A program made the translations under genes and the position numbers. Below, piece by piece: positions 1-10,147 of a DNA stretch of 64,000 nucleotides (positions are counted from its first letter, which is position 1; each line of letters opens with the position of its first letter). The notes beneath the pieces were generated by a model that worked only from the letters and a program-made list of their open reading frames with translations, did not search any database and was not told the origin of the DNA. The DNA is from Acidimicrobiia bacterium. GTDB lineage: Bacteria > Actinomycetota > Acidimicrobiia > Spongiisociales > ZC4RG35. The DNA lies in NCBI GenBank assembly GCA_965203555.1, contig CBDBCY010000004.1, forward strand, positions 224,001 to 288,000, in the 5' to 3' direction.

Positions 1-294
1 TCCAGTTGGCGATGTCCTGTCGGGCCTGGGTTCTGGTGACGTACCGGCGGTCGACGAGGCGTTCTGTCTGCAGGGGTGGAGAAAACGACTCGGCCGCGGG
101 GCTGTCCAACGCTGAGCCTGCTCTTCCCATGGACTGGACGATCCCCAGCCGGGTGCAGGCCTTGACGAAGGCGTGGCGGTGTGTTGTCTGCCGCGGTCGG
201 TGTGGAAGATCACTTTCCGTACGGTGCCGCCGCGGGTGCCCACGGCCATGTTGATAGCGGCCTGGGCCAACTCGGCGGTGGGATAGTTGTCGCT
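1..294 (-). mobile_element. IS3-family transposase (integrase core) fragment, frameshifted, runs off the window edge
   Basis: Minus-strand translation gives VIFHTDRG, then after a frame change GIVQSMGRAGSALDSPAAESF...RRYVTRTQARQDIANW, typical IS3 OrfB DDE-region motifs. Confidence 0.8.
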
Positions 295-339
295 TGGATC
301 GAATCCCAGCATGCACCGGATACGGGGGAACTCTAAACT

Positions 340-1578
340 CTATTGTCTTTGTTTTATGGGCTGTCGGCGTTTGCGGGTGGGTGGGCGGCGGTAGCGGTTG
401 GGGGTACGGCGGGGTGGGTTCCAGTCGGTGGTTGGTGGGCGGCGGAGGGTGTACGTTCCGGTGGGAGTTCTGTGTACTGTCCAATCCTGGTCGTGTACTT
501 TGTGGTGGCATCTGCTGCACAGAAGACACATGTTGTCCAGGTTGGTGGGGCCCCGATCTTGCCAGTGGACGATGTGGTGGGCCTGGCACCAGGAGGCTTT
601 GGCGCCGCAACCGATGCAGTGTTTGTCGCGGGCGACGAGGGCGGCCCGTTGGGAACCGCTGGCTGTCCGTCGGGCTCGTCCCAAATCCAGCGGCACCGAC
701 GAACCTGAGAATATGGCGGGGAGTATCTGAGCGTCGCAGGCCAACTGGCGCAGGGTACGGGCAGGCAGGGGGGTTCCGTTCTCGAGGCGAGGGTTGCCCA
801 ACTGTTTGCTGATCGTGTCGTAGTCGGCGATCAACAACAGCCTCACGCCCTGGGAACCGCCATCTTCTCCTTCCCGAGTGAGGAGCTTGGCTATGGCGTC
901 GGCCATCCGCTGACCCGCAGTAGCCCGATCGGTGGGGTCTTCTTGGTGCCATAGTTGTTTCATCATGTGAGACACCGCCGTCTCGACCCGGGCACCGGTG
1001 ACCGGGTCGAAACGCCCATACAACACGGTCATCCCGTCGTCTTGGCCGGTGGTGATCTTCGCGAACCGCCGGGACCGCTGATGCTCCAACCTCGACACAC
1101 CATCATCCTCTGAACGCTTCTGTTCGTGTTTGCGTACCATGACCGCGAACTTGTCAGGAGACTGGGAACGGGCACCGTCCAACAACTCGTCCTCGACGAT
1201 GGTTCCCCTCTGGTTAGCGCCCGCCAAAATACGCACGTTGTCAGCAGAGATCTCTCCCTTTTGGAAACCCTCCCTCGTTTTGGGCAGTTCCTCCAACCCC
1301 CGGGCGGTCTCCACCTCAGACCGGGCCTTCCGACGGCCCAACAGCCCGTCCTCCCGCAAAATCGTCTCCACCTGCTCTGTTCCCTGGCGGCGGCGCAACT
1401 CCGACACCGCCTGGGCGCGGACCGCCGCCACCTGGTTCTGGACGCGGATGGTGGACTGTATACGCTGTTTCAGCTCTTCAACCGACGCCTCAACGACCGG
1501 GATGGTGGGTGACAGGAGCTTGGCCAGGTTGACGGACCGCCGACTGTCGACTGCTTGTTTCATGCTTACAGTATGCAC
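340..1578 (-). CDS. DUF222 / HNH endonuclease domain protein (13E12-repeat-like)
   Basis: 412 aa ORF; LACDA...PLDLGRARR...QRAALVARDKHCIGC...CQAHHIVHW...GPTNLDNMCLLCSRCHHKVH is an HNH motif preceded by a DUF222-type region. Confidence 0.88.
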   Translation of the reverse strand: MHTVSMKQAVDSRRSVNLAKLLSPTIPVVEASVEELKQRIQSTIRVQNQVAAVRAQAVSELRRRQGTEQVETILREDGLLGRRKARSEVETARGLEELPKTREGFQKGEISADNVRILAGANQRGTIVEDELLDGARSQSPDKFAVMVRKHEQKRSEDDGVSRLEHQRSRRFAKITTGQDDGMTVLYGRFDPVTGARVETAVSHMMKQLWHQEDPTDRATAGQRMADAIAKLLTREGEDGGSQGVRLLLIADYDTISKQLGNPRLENGTPLPARTLRQLACDAQILPAIFSGSSVPLDLGRARRTASGSQRAALVARDKHCIGCGAKASWCQAHHIVHWQDRGPTNLDNMCLLCSRCHHKVHDQDWTVHRTPTGTYTLRRPPTTDWNPPRRTPNRYRRPPTRKRRQPIKQRQ

Positions 1579-1757
1579 AGGGGGTGTGACAAAACATCAC
1601 CAAGTTGTGAAAACAAACACTAAAACTTTCGCAACGTCCAACTCCGCCCTCACCCGCGGCGCCTCCACAATGTGAACACGCCTTAGAGGTCTCCCCGGGG
1701 AGCGCCCACGACCATTCCACATGTGGAATTGTGTTTTGTCAGGCCGAGGAAGGAGGC

Positions 1758-1796
1758 CGGGTAGTCAGAGTGGCCTGGTGGATTTCTGACTACCCG
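1758..1796. terminator. Stem-loop downstream of the uracil permease, possible terminator
   Basis: Perfect 12-bp inverted repeat cgggtagtcaga / tctgactacccg, about 40 bp past the permease stop. Confidence 0.45.
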
Positions 1797-1834
1797 AACA
1801 GGATGAAAAGATTCTTCGCTCGGATATTTCCTAT

Positions 1835-3028
1835 TTAGGAGTCGTCGCTGGGAAGCACCAGGTTGAGCACCACTCCCACCACTGCGGCAAGAGCCAGGCC
1901 GGAGATGGCCACTCCGCCGATCTGGAGGTTCTCAAGCCCCGAGGTTCCCAGTCCCAGGACCAGAATCACCGCTACCACGATCATGTTGCGACTCTTGGAC
2001 ATCTGCACTTGGCTTTCCACCAGGGTACGAAGGCCCACTGCGGCGATCATGCCGAACAACACGATGGAGAGTCCTCCCAGCACGGAGAGGGGTATGGATT
2101 GCAAAACGGCCGCCACTTTGGGGATGATTCCCAAAATGATGGCCACTACGGCCCCGATGCGCAGGACGGCGGGGTCATAGACCCGGGTTACCGCCAGGAC
2201 CCCGGTGTTCTCCGAGTAGGTGGTGTTGGCGGGGCCGCCGACCAGACCGGCGACGAAGGTGGCTGCTCCGTCACCCAGAAGGGTCCTGTCCAGGCCCGGC
2301 TCCTTGAAGAAGTCCTTGCCCACTACTCGACCGTTGGTGATTATGTCTCCGACGTGTTCGATCATCGTGACGAGTGCCACCGGTGCGATCAGGGCGATAG
2401 CGCCCCACTCGAAGGTGGCGACGGTGAACTCCGGCAGGCCGATCCAAGCTGCATCGGCCACCGGGTCGAAGTCGACCTCGCCGGCGATGGCGCCAATCAC
2501 GTACCCGACGACCGCGCCGGTGAGGATCGGCAGCATCTTCCACAGACCTTTGAGGAAGATGGCTGCCGCGACCGTTACCAGCAGGGTGAGAATGGCCAAC
2601 CACCAGTTTGCATTGGACATGTCGATGGCCACGGGCGCCAGGGTGATCCCGATGATCACGATTATGGGTCCGGCCACCACCGGGGGAACCAATCTCTTGA
2701 TCTTGTCCGATCCTATGAACCGGACAATCACTGAGACGATCCCGTACACCACACCGGCGGCGGCGATGCCCCCGACGGTGGCTGACATGGAGAATCCCTC
2801 CGTGTTGAGGCTGGCGACGATCGGTGGGATGAAGGCGAATGACGATCCCAGGAATACGGGGACCATCATCCTGGTGAGCAGATGGAAGATCAAAGTACCT
2901 ACACCAGCGGCCAGCAGCGCTACCGAGGCGTCCAATCCGGTCAGAAGGGGCACCAGCACGGTGGCGCCGAACATGGCAATGGTGTGCTGAACCCCCAAGA
3001 CAACTTTGCGTTGCGTGTTGAGTTCCAT
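1835..3028 (-). CDS. uraA: NCS2 nucleobase:cation symporter, uracil permease
   Basis: GVQHTIAMFGATVLVP, FLGSSFAFI and GGPANTTYSENTGV (NAT signature); start at MELNTQ after a GAGGAGG RBS. Confidence 0.88.
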   Translation of the reverse strand: MELNTQRKVVLGVQHTIAMFGATVLVPLLTGLDASVALLAAGVGTLIFHLLTRMMVPVFLGSSFAFIPPIVASLNTEGFSMSATVGGIAAAGVVYGIVSVIVRFIGSDKIKRLVPPVVAGPIIVIIGITLAPVAIDMSNANWWLAILTLLVTVAAAIFLKGLWKMLPILTGAVVGYVIGAIAGEVDFDPVADAAWIGLPEFTVATFEWGAIALIAPVALVTMIEHVGDIITNGRVVGKDFFKEPGLDRTLLGDGAATFVAGLVGGPANTTYSENTGVLAVTRVYDPAVLRIGAVVAIILGIIPKVAAVLQSIPLSVLGGLSIVLFGMIAAVGLRTLVESQVQMSKSRNMIVVAVILVLGLGTSGLENLQIGGVAISGLALAAVVGVVLNLVLPSDDS

Positions 3029-3174
3029 TGTTTCCTCCTCTCTGGGGAACCGTACGTACATATCCCCCGGCTCCCTCAACGCTCTAGGCAGGGGAAGCCA
3101 GAGCAACGGAAAATCCCCTAATGGCATGCCTGCTTCCTGTGGCATGCTGGTCTCCTATGGTAGGCTGTGATGCG

Positions 3175-4416
3175 ATGAGGTCACGGCATATCCGCCTAAC
3201 TTCTCACATGGACAGTCACGGGCCTCAACCACTGTCCATTCGCTGGGGAGAGGCCACTGCCGCCGCCAGGGGACCCGTCATCGCAACGCTGAGCAATCTT
3301 GCACATCGCAATGTGGTGGGAACTCACAGCGGTGCCTACGCGATATATCGAGCGGTTTCCATCGCGCAGGGAAAACTGGACCGTGATTACCGGGCGGATC
3401 TCACCAACACTGCGCCCACCCGCCGCATCGGACCGCACCCCGCCTGGACCGAGCCTGGCAGGATCGTCTCCCTGGATCCGTGGGGTGCGATGACCGCCGA
3501 GTGCTTTGCGGATCTGCTGGCGGACGGCTACGACATCCGCCCCACCATCGCCGTCACCTCGGCTCACATTTTCATTCCCGAATTGAAGGACGCTATCGAG
3601 AAGGGACGGATCGTCCCCGACGGAGTCCTGTGTCTGCCGGACGGCTCCTGCCGGGTCACCAAGGCGGCCATCGAACCGGTCTGGCATCTTCCCGGCCTGG
3701 CGGACAGGTTTGATGTTGCCGAGCGGGATCTCCGCAGGATTCTTTTCGAAGAGACCGCGGGCATGTTCCCGGAGTTGGTCACCCGGTCGGACCTGGAAGT
3801 GTTCCTTCCGCCCATCGGAGGACAGACCATCTACATCTTCGGCGATCCGCGCAGCCTGGCCGACCCCGACCAGACGCTGGTGGGCAGAGTCCATGACGAG
3901 TGCAACGGTTCGGACGTGTTCGGGTCGGATATCTGCACTTGCCGACCCTATCTGGTGCACGGAATCGAAGTTTGTATCCAGACCGCTTCCCAGGGAGGAG
4001 CGGGGTTCATCGTCTACAACCGCAAGGAAGGCCGGGCGCTGGGAGAGGTCACCAAATTCCTGGTCTACAACGCTCGGAAGCGGCAGGAAGGCGGGGATCG
4101 CGCCGATGCCTATTTCACGCGGACCGAATGTGTGGCGGGGGTGCAGGATGCCCGCCACCAGTTGCTGATGCCCGACTCCCTGCACTGGCTGGGCATCACC
4201 AGGATCGACAAGTTCGTGTCCATGTCCGACGACAAGTACGGGGCCATCACCGGCTCGGGGATAGAAATCGGGGAGCGGGTCTCCATCCCTGCGGAACTGG
4301 TGCCCGCCGATGCCTGGGTGGAACTGGACGCCAAGGTGGCGGCCGGCTATTTCAGCGAAGAGGACCCTCCCGACCGGATGGAACTGGCCAAAGCCAAGGG
4401 ACGCTCACTGCATTGA
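3175..4416 (+). CDS. GTP cyclohydrolase II-like protein, URC1/Urg1 family
   Basis: N-terminal extension NVVGTHSGAYAIYRA plus GCH-II zinc motif RVHDECNGSDVFGSDICTC and RKEGRALG; start placed at MRSRHIRL. Confidence 0.88.
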   Translation: MRSRHIRLTSHMDSHGPQPLSIRWGEATAAARGPVIATLSNLAHRNVVGTHSGAYAIYRAVSIAQGKLDRDYRADLTNTAPTRRIGPHPAWTEPGRIVSLDPWGAMTAECFADLLADGYDIRPTIAVTSAHIFIPELKDAIEKGRIVPDGVLCLPDGSCRVTKAAIEPVWHLPGLADRFDVAERDLRRILFEETAGMFPELVTRSDLEVFLPPIGGQTIYIFGDPRSLADPDQTLVGRVHDECNGSDVFGSDICTCRPYLVHGIEVCIQTASQGGAGFIVYNRKEGRALGEVTKFLVYNARKRQEGGDRADAYFTRTECVAGVQDARHQLLMPDSLHWLGITRIDKFVSMSDDKYGAITGSGIEIGERVSIPAELVPADAWVELDAKVAAGYFSEEDPPDRMELAKAKGRSLH

Positions 4417-5579
4417 CCGTCCCGGATTTGGCCCGCCTCCGCCATCCTGACACTATCAGAAGCCAAGCCGAACGGATTCTTGCGCTCGCTGACCGACAGA
4501 AGTTGCAACGGTGGCGGATCGACCTGGAAAGGCTCCCGAATCTGGGCCGCCTGGTCGGTGAAGTGACCCGAAACCGGTACCCGGACCTGAAGGTGCCGCT
4601 CCACGGCCGCCGTCTCCACTTCAGAGTGGGGGACGTCGATCTGTGGCACAGACGCCCCCGCCCCGTCGACCGGGATGAAGCCGGCAGGTCCGACGTGGAA
4701 CTCATCGTGGTCTCGGTGCTGCTCGACGGGGGCAGCGGGGCCCGGTGGCGATACGCCGATTCGCAGATCCCGCAGGAGTTGAGGCGTTCGGAGGGACTGG
4801 CCGCAGCCAGCTTCCGGGCCTGGAAGAGGGGGGTGTTCTCCGATAGCGGTCTTCCGCGCGCCGATTCACGCGCGCTTTCCAACCTCGCCGACGGTGATCT
4901 GGCCGCCGCCTTTCAGGTAACACGGGACAACCCGTTGGTGGGGGTGGAGGGAAGGGCCGGACTGCTGAGAGCCTTGGGTGAAGTTTCGTCCGGTTGGCCC
5001 GGGCAGCGGGTGGGCGGTCTCTACGATCTGCTGGTTGACCGGTCCTCGGCCGGTGACCGCCTCTCGGCGGTGGCCCTGTTGAGGACTCTCTTGGAGCATC
5101 TGTCGCCTCTCTGGCCCGATACCACGGTGGCGCATGGCGAATTCCTGGGCGACGTCTGGCCCTATGCCTCCCTGGGACTGGTGCCTTTTCACAAGCTCAA
5201 CCAGTGGCTGGCCTATTCGCTGGTGGAACCGCTCGGCGCGGCCGGAGTCACGGTCACCGACGTGGACCGATTGACGCCCCTGGCGGAATACCGGAACGGG
5301 GGGCTGCTCATCGACGGCGGTGTCCTGACCCCCGTGGCGCCGCGATGGCAGACCGTCCGCCATCCGGTTTCCTCTCCACTGGTGGTGGAGTGGCGCGCGC
5401 TGACCGTGGCCCTGATCGACCGTCTGGCCGAGATGGTGCGGGAAGAACTGGGTGTGAGCCTCACCATGGCCCAGATTCTGGAAGGTGGAACCTGGGCGGC
5501 CGGAAGGAAGCTGGCCGCGGCGGGCCGCCCGGACCGCCGCCCGCCGGTCAGGGTGATCAGCAACGGGACTATCTTCTGA
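4413..5579 (+). CDS. URC4/Urg3 family protein (DUF1688)
   Basis: Motifs VSVLLDGGSG, RSEGLA, LVPFHKLNQWLAYSL, LAEYRNGGL, VEWRALTV, LEGGTW and SNGTIF; TTG start overlaps the upstream stop (TTGA). Confidence 0.88.
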   Translation: MTVPDLARLRHPDTIRSQAERILALADRQKLQRWRIDLERLPNLGRLVGEVTRNRYPDLKVPLHGRRLHFRVGDVDLWHRRPRPVDRDEAGRSDVELIVVSVLLDGGSGARWRYADSQIPQELRRSEGLAAASFRAWKRGVFSDSGLPRADSRALSNLADGDLAAAFQVTRDNPLVGVEGRAGLLRALGEVSSGWPGQRVGGLYDLLVDRSSAGDRLSAVALLRTLLEHLSPLWPDTTVAHGEFLGDVWPYASLGLVPFHKLNQWLAYSLVEPLGAAGVTVTDVDRLTPLAEYRNGGLLIDGGVLTPVAPRWQTVRHPVSSPLVVEWRALTVALIDRLAEMVREELGVSLTMAQILEGGTWAAGRKLAAAGRPDRRPPVRVISNGTIF

Positions 5580-5581
5580 CC

Positions 5582-6229
5582 ATGGCATCCCGGGCGTCCA
5601 ATTCCCAGGTCCACCTGATCGATCATCCCCTGGTCCAGCACAAGCTGACCCTGATGAGAAAGCGCGAGACCAGTTCCAGCGCCTTCCGCCGGTTGGCTTC
5701 GGAGATCTCGGGTCTTCTGGCCTACGAGGTGACTCGTCACCAGCCGTTGAAGCCCACCCGGATCAACACTCCCCTCAAAGCCATGACCGCTCCGCTCCTG
5801 GACGGGAAAAAGCTGGTGGTGATCTCCATCCTGCGGGCCGGCATCGCCATCGCCGACGGGATCGTGGACGCCATCCCCTCGGCGCGGATAGGGCATATCG
5901 GCCTGTACCGGGACCGGAGAACCGAGATGACGGTGGAGTACTACTTCAAGGCGCCTCGGAACATGTCGGATCGCACCGCCCTGGTGGTGGATCCCATGGT
6001 GGCCACCGGGCACTCGGCGGAGGCTGCTATCGCCCGAGTCAAGGGCACCAGCCCCAAGGAACTGGTGTTTATCTGCCTGATCGCTGCGCCGGAGGGAGTG
6101 GAGTACCTGCACAAGTATCACCCCGATGTGCCGATCTACTGCGCGGCGGTGGACGAAGGACTGGATCCCTCCGGTTACATTGTGCCCGGTTTCGGCGATG
6201 CGGGCGACCGGATCTTCGGCACCAAATAG
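5582..6229 (+). CDS. upp: Uracil phosphoribosyltransferase
   Basis: HPLVQHKLT, ILRAG, GHIGLYRD, PRPP-binding VDPMVATG and GYIVPGFGDAGDRIFGTK. Confidence 0.95.
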   Translation: MASRASNSQVHLIDHPLVQHKLTLMRKRETSSSAFRRLASEISGLLAYEVTRHQPLKPTRINTPLKAMTAPLLDGKKLVVISILRAGIAIADGIVDAIPSARIGHIGLYRDRRTEMTVEYYFKAPRNMSDRTALVVDPMVATGHSAEAAIARVKGTSPKELVFICLIAAPEGVEYLHKYHPDVPIYCAAVDEGLDPSGYIVPGFGDAGDRIFGTK

Positions 6230-6295
6230 GGGAGTGGCGCCGCGGCGGGGAGGAACTTGAACCCGCACGGGGTCGGCGGAGGGGACCTTCGCCTT

Positions 6296-6778
6296 CTAGT
6301 CGGCCTTGTTGACCAGGTGAGTGGCGGCGTTGTCGAAGTGGGCGAACATGTCGTCCCGAATCTGGGCGGGCAGCGGACGGCCGGTGCCGTCGGCCAGGAC
6401 GGCGCGGTCGAGCGAGGCTGTCATGTGGGTCATCCACGCCTCCCGTTCGGCCCGACCGATGGTGAAGGGCAGGTGGCGCATCCGCAGACGCGGGTGGCCC
6501 CGGGTTTGGCTGTAGCGCGGCGGGCCGCCCCAGTACTGGGCCAGGAAGCCCGACAGGCGAGCCCGGGAGGGCCGCAGGTCCTTGGGGTACATGGGCCGCA
6601 GAAGGGGATCGTTCTCCACCGCGTCGTAGAAGCGGTTGACGAGATCATCGAAGAAGCGCTGTCCTCCCACCGCCTCGTACACGGTCAGAGGAGCGTCCAT
6701 CGCCTCTCGCAGAGACCCTCGCAGAGTCACCCCCGCCGGACGACCATCGTCGCTGTTCGTGTTGTCCGGTTGGCTCAC
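6296..6778 (-). CDS. glbO: Group II truncated haemoglobin (trHbO); start uncertain
   Basis: YEAVGG...FY...DPLLRPMYP...FLAQYWGGP..YS..RGHPRLRMRH signature. Confidence 0.85.
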   Translation of the reverse strand: MSQPDNTNSDDGRPAGVTLRGSLREAMDAPLTVYEAVGGQRFFDDLVNRFYDAVENDPLLRPMYPKDLRPSRARLSGFLAQYWGGPPRYSQTRGHPRLRMRHLPFTIGRAEREAWMTHMTASLDRAVLADGTGRPLPAQIRDDMFAHFDNAATHLVNKAD

Positions 6779-6929
6779 GACCCCCCAGCCTGTTGACCTT
6801 GAGTGTATTGACCAGATCTTAGGCATCGACTCCGACACCGTGAAGAATCAGGGCTAGAGTGGGGTGGAGACCAAACAGGACGTAGCCCGCGCCACCCTGT
6901 GGTTCGGGGTGGAGAAGGCAGGTGCGACC

Positions 6930-7844
6930 GTGTCGACAGCCATAGAGACCACGGGTCTCACCAAGTACTACGGGGACACGGCGGGAATCGTCGATCTGGA
7001 CTTGGCGGTGGAGGTGGGTGAGGTGTTCGGTTTCATCGGTCCGAACGGGGCGGGCAAGACCACCACCATCCGCCTACTGCTGAATTTCCTTCGGCCTTCA
7101 GCAGGTTCGGGGTCCATCTTCGGTATGGACATTTGCGACGACTCGCTGGAGATTCGCAGCCGGGTCGGGTACCTGCCCGGCGACCTGGCGCTATACCCGT
7201 CCATGACCGGCAGGGAGTTTCTGCTTTATTTCAGCAGGTTGAGAGGTATCGACACGGCCGCCGCCACCAACAGGTTGGCGGAGCGTTTCGACCTGGACCT
7301 GGACCGGCGTATCAAGGAGTACTCGAAGGGCAACCGTCAAAAAGTCGGGGTGGTCAACGCCTTCATGCACGAGCCGGAACTGTTGATCCTCGACGAGCCC
7401 ACCGGTGGTCTCGACCCCCTGATGCAGCAGGAGTTCGCGGAGTTGCTGGCCGAGGTCCGAGGGGAGGGACGGACGGTGTTTCTGTCCTCCCACTACCTCC
7501 CGGAGGTGGAGCGGGTGGCGGACCGGGTGGGGATAGTCCGCCGGGGCCGCCTCATCGACGTGGACACCCTTTCGGGGTTCAGGTCGAAGGTCCAGTCCAA
7601 CCTGTCCATCAAGTTCGGCGCACCCGTCGACCCCGACCCGTTCGCCGCCATCGAAGGCGTGACCGTCATCGATCTTCTCGACGGCGGCACCCTCCTGCGG
7701 CTCAGCATCGCCGGATCCCAGAAGGCGGTGATCGCGGCGGCCGCTGCCGGCGACGTGATAACCGTCACCTCCGAGGAAGCGGACCTCGACGAAGTGTTCC
7801 TCTCCTACTACGGGTCCGCCACCCAGCCGGGCCCGGCCGGCTGA
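6930..7844 (+). CDS. ABC-2 type exporter ATP-binding protein
   Basis: Walker A GPNGAGKTT, signature YSKGNRQK, Walker B LILDEPT. Confidence 0.92.
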   Translation: MSTAIETTGLTKYYGDTAGIVDLDLAVEVGEVFGFIGPNGAGKTTTIRLLLNFLRPSAGSGSIFGMDICDDSLEIRSRVGYLPGDLALYPSMTGREFLLYFSRLRGIDTAAATNRLAERFDLDLDRRIKEYSKGNRQKVGVVNAFMHEPELLILDEPTGGLDPLMQQEFAELLAEVRGEGRTVFLSSHYLPEVERVADRVGIVRRGRLIDVDTLSGFRSKVQSNLSIKFGAPVDPDPFAAIEGVTVIDLLDGGTLLRLSIAGSQKAVIAAAAAGDVITVTSEEADLDEVFLSYYGSATQPGPAG

Positions 7845-7848
7845 CCGC

Positions 7849-9525
7849 ATGACTTCCGCCATCCTCGGCAAGACCCTGCGTGACCGGCGGCGGGCGGTCA
7901 TGGGGTACGGCCTGGGCATCGCGGCGCTCGCCGTGTGGTTGGGGTTGCTGTTTCCGTTGATGCGGGAGTCCGACGACTTCATCGCCTTCATGGACAATCT
8001 CCCCTCGGGGATGCTGTCGGCATTCGGGATAGACTCCGCCACCTTTCTCTCCGCGGCCGGCTTTCTCACCGCCTACCTCTACTCCCTGTTCGCGCCGCTC
8101 TTCATTCTTTTCTTCGTCATCAGCGCGGCCGGCGCCGAGATCATGGGCGAGGAACGGGACGGTCTGATGGATATGTTGCTTTCCCTGCCGGTGTCCCGGA
8201 CCCGGGTCTTCCTGGAGAAAGCGGCGGGCGTGGGACTGGCGGCCCTGGCGCTGGTGGCTGTCCTGACCGCGGCTCTCCTGGTTGTGAACCCCATCTTCGA
8301 TTTGGCCCTGTCGATGACCGGTGTGCTGGCCGCCGGTCTCTCCCTCTGGTTGCTGGGGATCTTGTTCGGGTCGGTGACGCTGGTGGCGGGTACATTCACC
8401 GGGCGCGGAGTGGTGGCAGGCGGAGCGGGAGGTTCCCTGGCGTTCCTGGCCTGGTTCATCACCGGTTTCTCCGACCTGTACCCTCCTCTGCAGAGCATCA
8501 ATGGTGTCAGTCCGTTCACCTGGTACCAGGAACCCAATCCGCTCGTGGTGGGAGTGGGCGCCGGGCACCTGTGGCTTGCGCTAGCCGCTGCAGCGCTCCT
8601 CACGGTTGCCGGTTTCCTGTTCCACCGTCGTGACATCGCCACCGAGCGCCCTCTGGTTCCCAGGATCAGGGCCACCCGCCGTTCCCGTGCCCGGAAGCGG
8701 CGAATCCGGGCGGCATGGTTGCTGACCGACTCGTTACGCAAGACCATCTGGGACCGTCGCCGCTCCGTGTGGGGTTGGGGCGGGGGTCTCGGACTCCTGA
8801 CGCTGGTGATGTTCTCCGCCTGGCCTGCCCTGGCGGCAGATGCCGAGGCGCTGGCGGGTCTCATAACCTCGCTGCCGCGAGAGGTTTTCGCCATGTTCGG
8901 CATGAGCAACCCGGAGGCGATAGTCACCGCAGCCGGGTTCATCTCCTCCCGCACCTACCAGGCCATCGGTCCGATCTTGATCGTCATGTTCGTGGTCAGG
9001 GGAGTCTCGATGGCCATGGTCAAAGAGGAGAGCGCCGGTGTTCTCGACCTGGTGCTGGCGGTCCCCACCTCGCCCGGAACGGTGGTTGCCAACAAGGCAC
9101 TGGGAGTGGTGTTCTCGACCGGCCTGGTGGTGGCGATCCTTACCGTTGCAGCGCTGGTGGGAGACTCCGCATGGGAGACGGAACTGGGCGTTGGAAGGAT
9201 ACTTGCCGCCGGAGCGGGTCTGGGCCTTCTCGGTCTGTTCTTCGGCGGGTTGACGATGGTGATGTGGGCGATACGGGGGTCGTCTTTCCCCGCCGTTCGA
9301 GTCACCGCTGTGGTGGCGATGGCCACTTTCCTGCTGAACGGTCTGGGTTCCCTCACCGACGCCCTGGAACCCGCCCGGATGATCTCTCCCTTCTACTGGT
9401 ACTTCGGAGACACCCCGCCACTCGCCAAGGGCTTCGAGCCGACGTACTTTCTGCTCCTCGCCGGCGCCCTCGTCATGGGGTGGGTGGCCATCAACCGGAT
9501 CCCGCGAAGAGACATTGCCGCCTGA
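7849..9525 (+). CDS. ABC-2 type exporter permease with two tandem permease domains
   Basis: Two homologous hydrophobic halves (KTLRDRRR / KTIWDRRR; EERDGLMDMLLSLP / EESAGVLDLVLAVP; SPFTWY / SPFYWY; RRDIA twice). Confidence 0.88.
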   Translation: MTSAILGKTLRDRRRAVMGYGLGIAALAVWLGLLFPLMRESDDFIAFMDNLPSGMLSAFGIDSATFLSAAGFLTAYLYSLFAPLFILFFVISAAGAEIMGEERDGLMDMLLSLPVSRTRVFLEKAAGVGLAALALVAVLTAALLVVNPIFDLALSMTGVLAAGLSLWLLGILFGSVTLVAGTFTGRGVVAGGAGGSLAFLAWFITGFSDLYPPLQSINGVSPFTWYQEPNPLVVGVGAGHLWLALAAAALLTVAGFLFHRRDIATERPLVPRIRATRRSRARKRRIRAAWLLTDSLRKTIWDRRRSVWGWGGGLGLLTLVMFSAWPALAADAEALAGLITSLPREVFAMFGMSNPEAIVTAAGFISSRTYQAIGPILIVMFVVRGVSMAMVKEESAGVLDLVLAVPTSPGTVVANKALGVVFSTGLVVAILTVAALVGDSAWETELGVGRILAAGAGLGLLGLFFGGLTMVMWAIRGSSFPAVRVTAVVAMATFLLNGLGSLTDALEPARMISPFYWYFGDTPPLAKGFEPTYFLLLAGALVMGWVAINRIPRRDIAA

Positions 9526-9768
9526 CCCGGGTTATCCACCATTGCTGATGCCGCGCCCGGTGTCTCCCGGCCTGATCACAAAATCGCGGCCGTCACGGTA
9601 GGCGTGGCGCGGTGCACTGTTGACCGTCTTATGCGTGATATGGGGGGATCTTAAGGAGAGGCCAGGGACAATAACGGTGTATATCCACTGTCGCTGATAA
9701 CACCGCCCACCGGTCTGCCGACTTGGTCGACCTCCATCCCCAAGATAGCCGATCCCGCCTTGCGTTCT

Positions 9769-10131
9769 TCAGTTCAGGTAACGGGCATGAAATACATAGC
9801 AGCAGGGAATGTGCAGATTGTATTCATGGCATTTCTCCCTCCACTCATATCTCAAGTTCTGCCGCACAGCGACTTCAAGCCACCCCTTTCTGGTTTCTCC
9901 AACTGCCAGAGTGGCGGTTGTACCGAAAATAGCATCAGTCTCTGGATCAGGGTCGTTCTCCGTGTACACGAATAGCGTTGGAGGATCCTGATCCAGCATC
10001 TCCATGATCTCGGCCCTCTTGACTCCGTGCCTTGATGACGAGCGGGCAAAGAGGACAATGGCTTGCTCTATGCCTGGCCAGAAGAGTCCGCCGTGATGTT
10101 CTAAGGGATACGGATGCGCCCAACAGGGCAT
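9769..10131 (-). CDS. Small putative toxin-like protein (possible RelE/BrnT-type fold)
   Basis: VLFARSSSRHGVKRAEIMEML...LAVGETRKGWLEVAV...YVFHARYL resembles small actinobacterial toxin-like proteins; lies just downstream of an acidic ORF. Confidence 0.4.
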   Translation of the reverse strand: MPCWAHPYPLEHHGGLFWPGIEQAIVLFARSSSRHGVKRAEIMEMLDQDPPTLFVYTENDPDPETDAIFGTTATLAVGETRKGWLEVAVRQNLRYEWREKCHEYNLHIPCCYVFHARYLN

Positions 10132-10147
10132 GCCTGACCGCCGATTG

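Noticed and set aside
3900-6229. Long N-terminal extensions on the DUF1688 and upp ORFs
   Set aside because: They overlap the upstream genes out of frame; coupled starts at 4413 and 5582 are more plausible.
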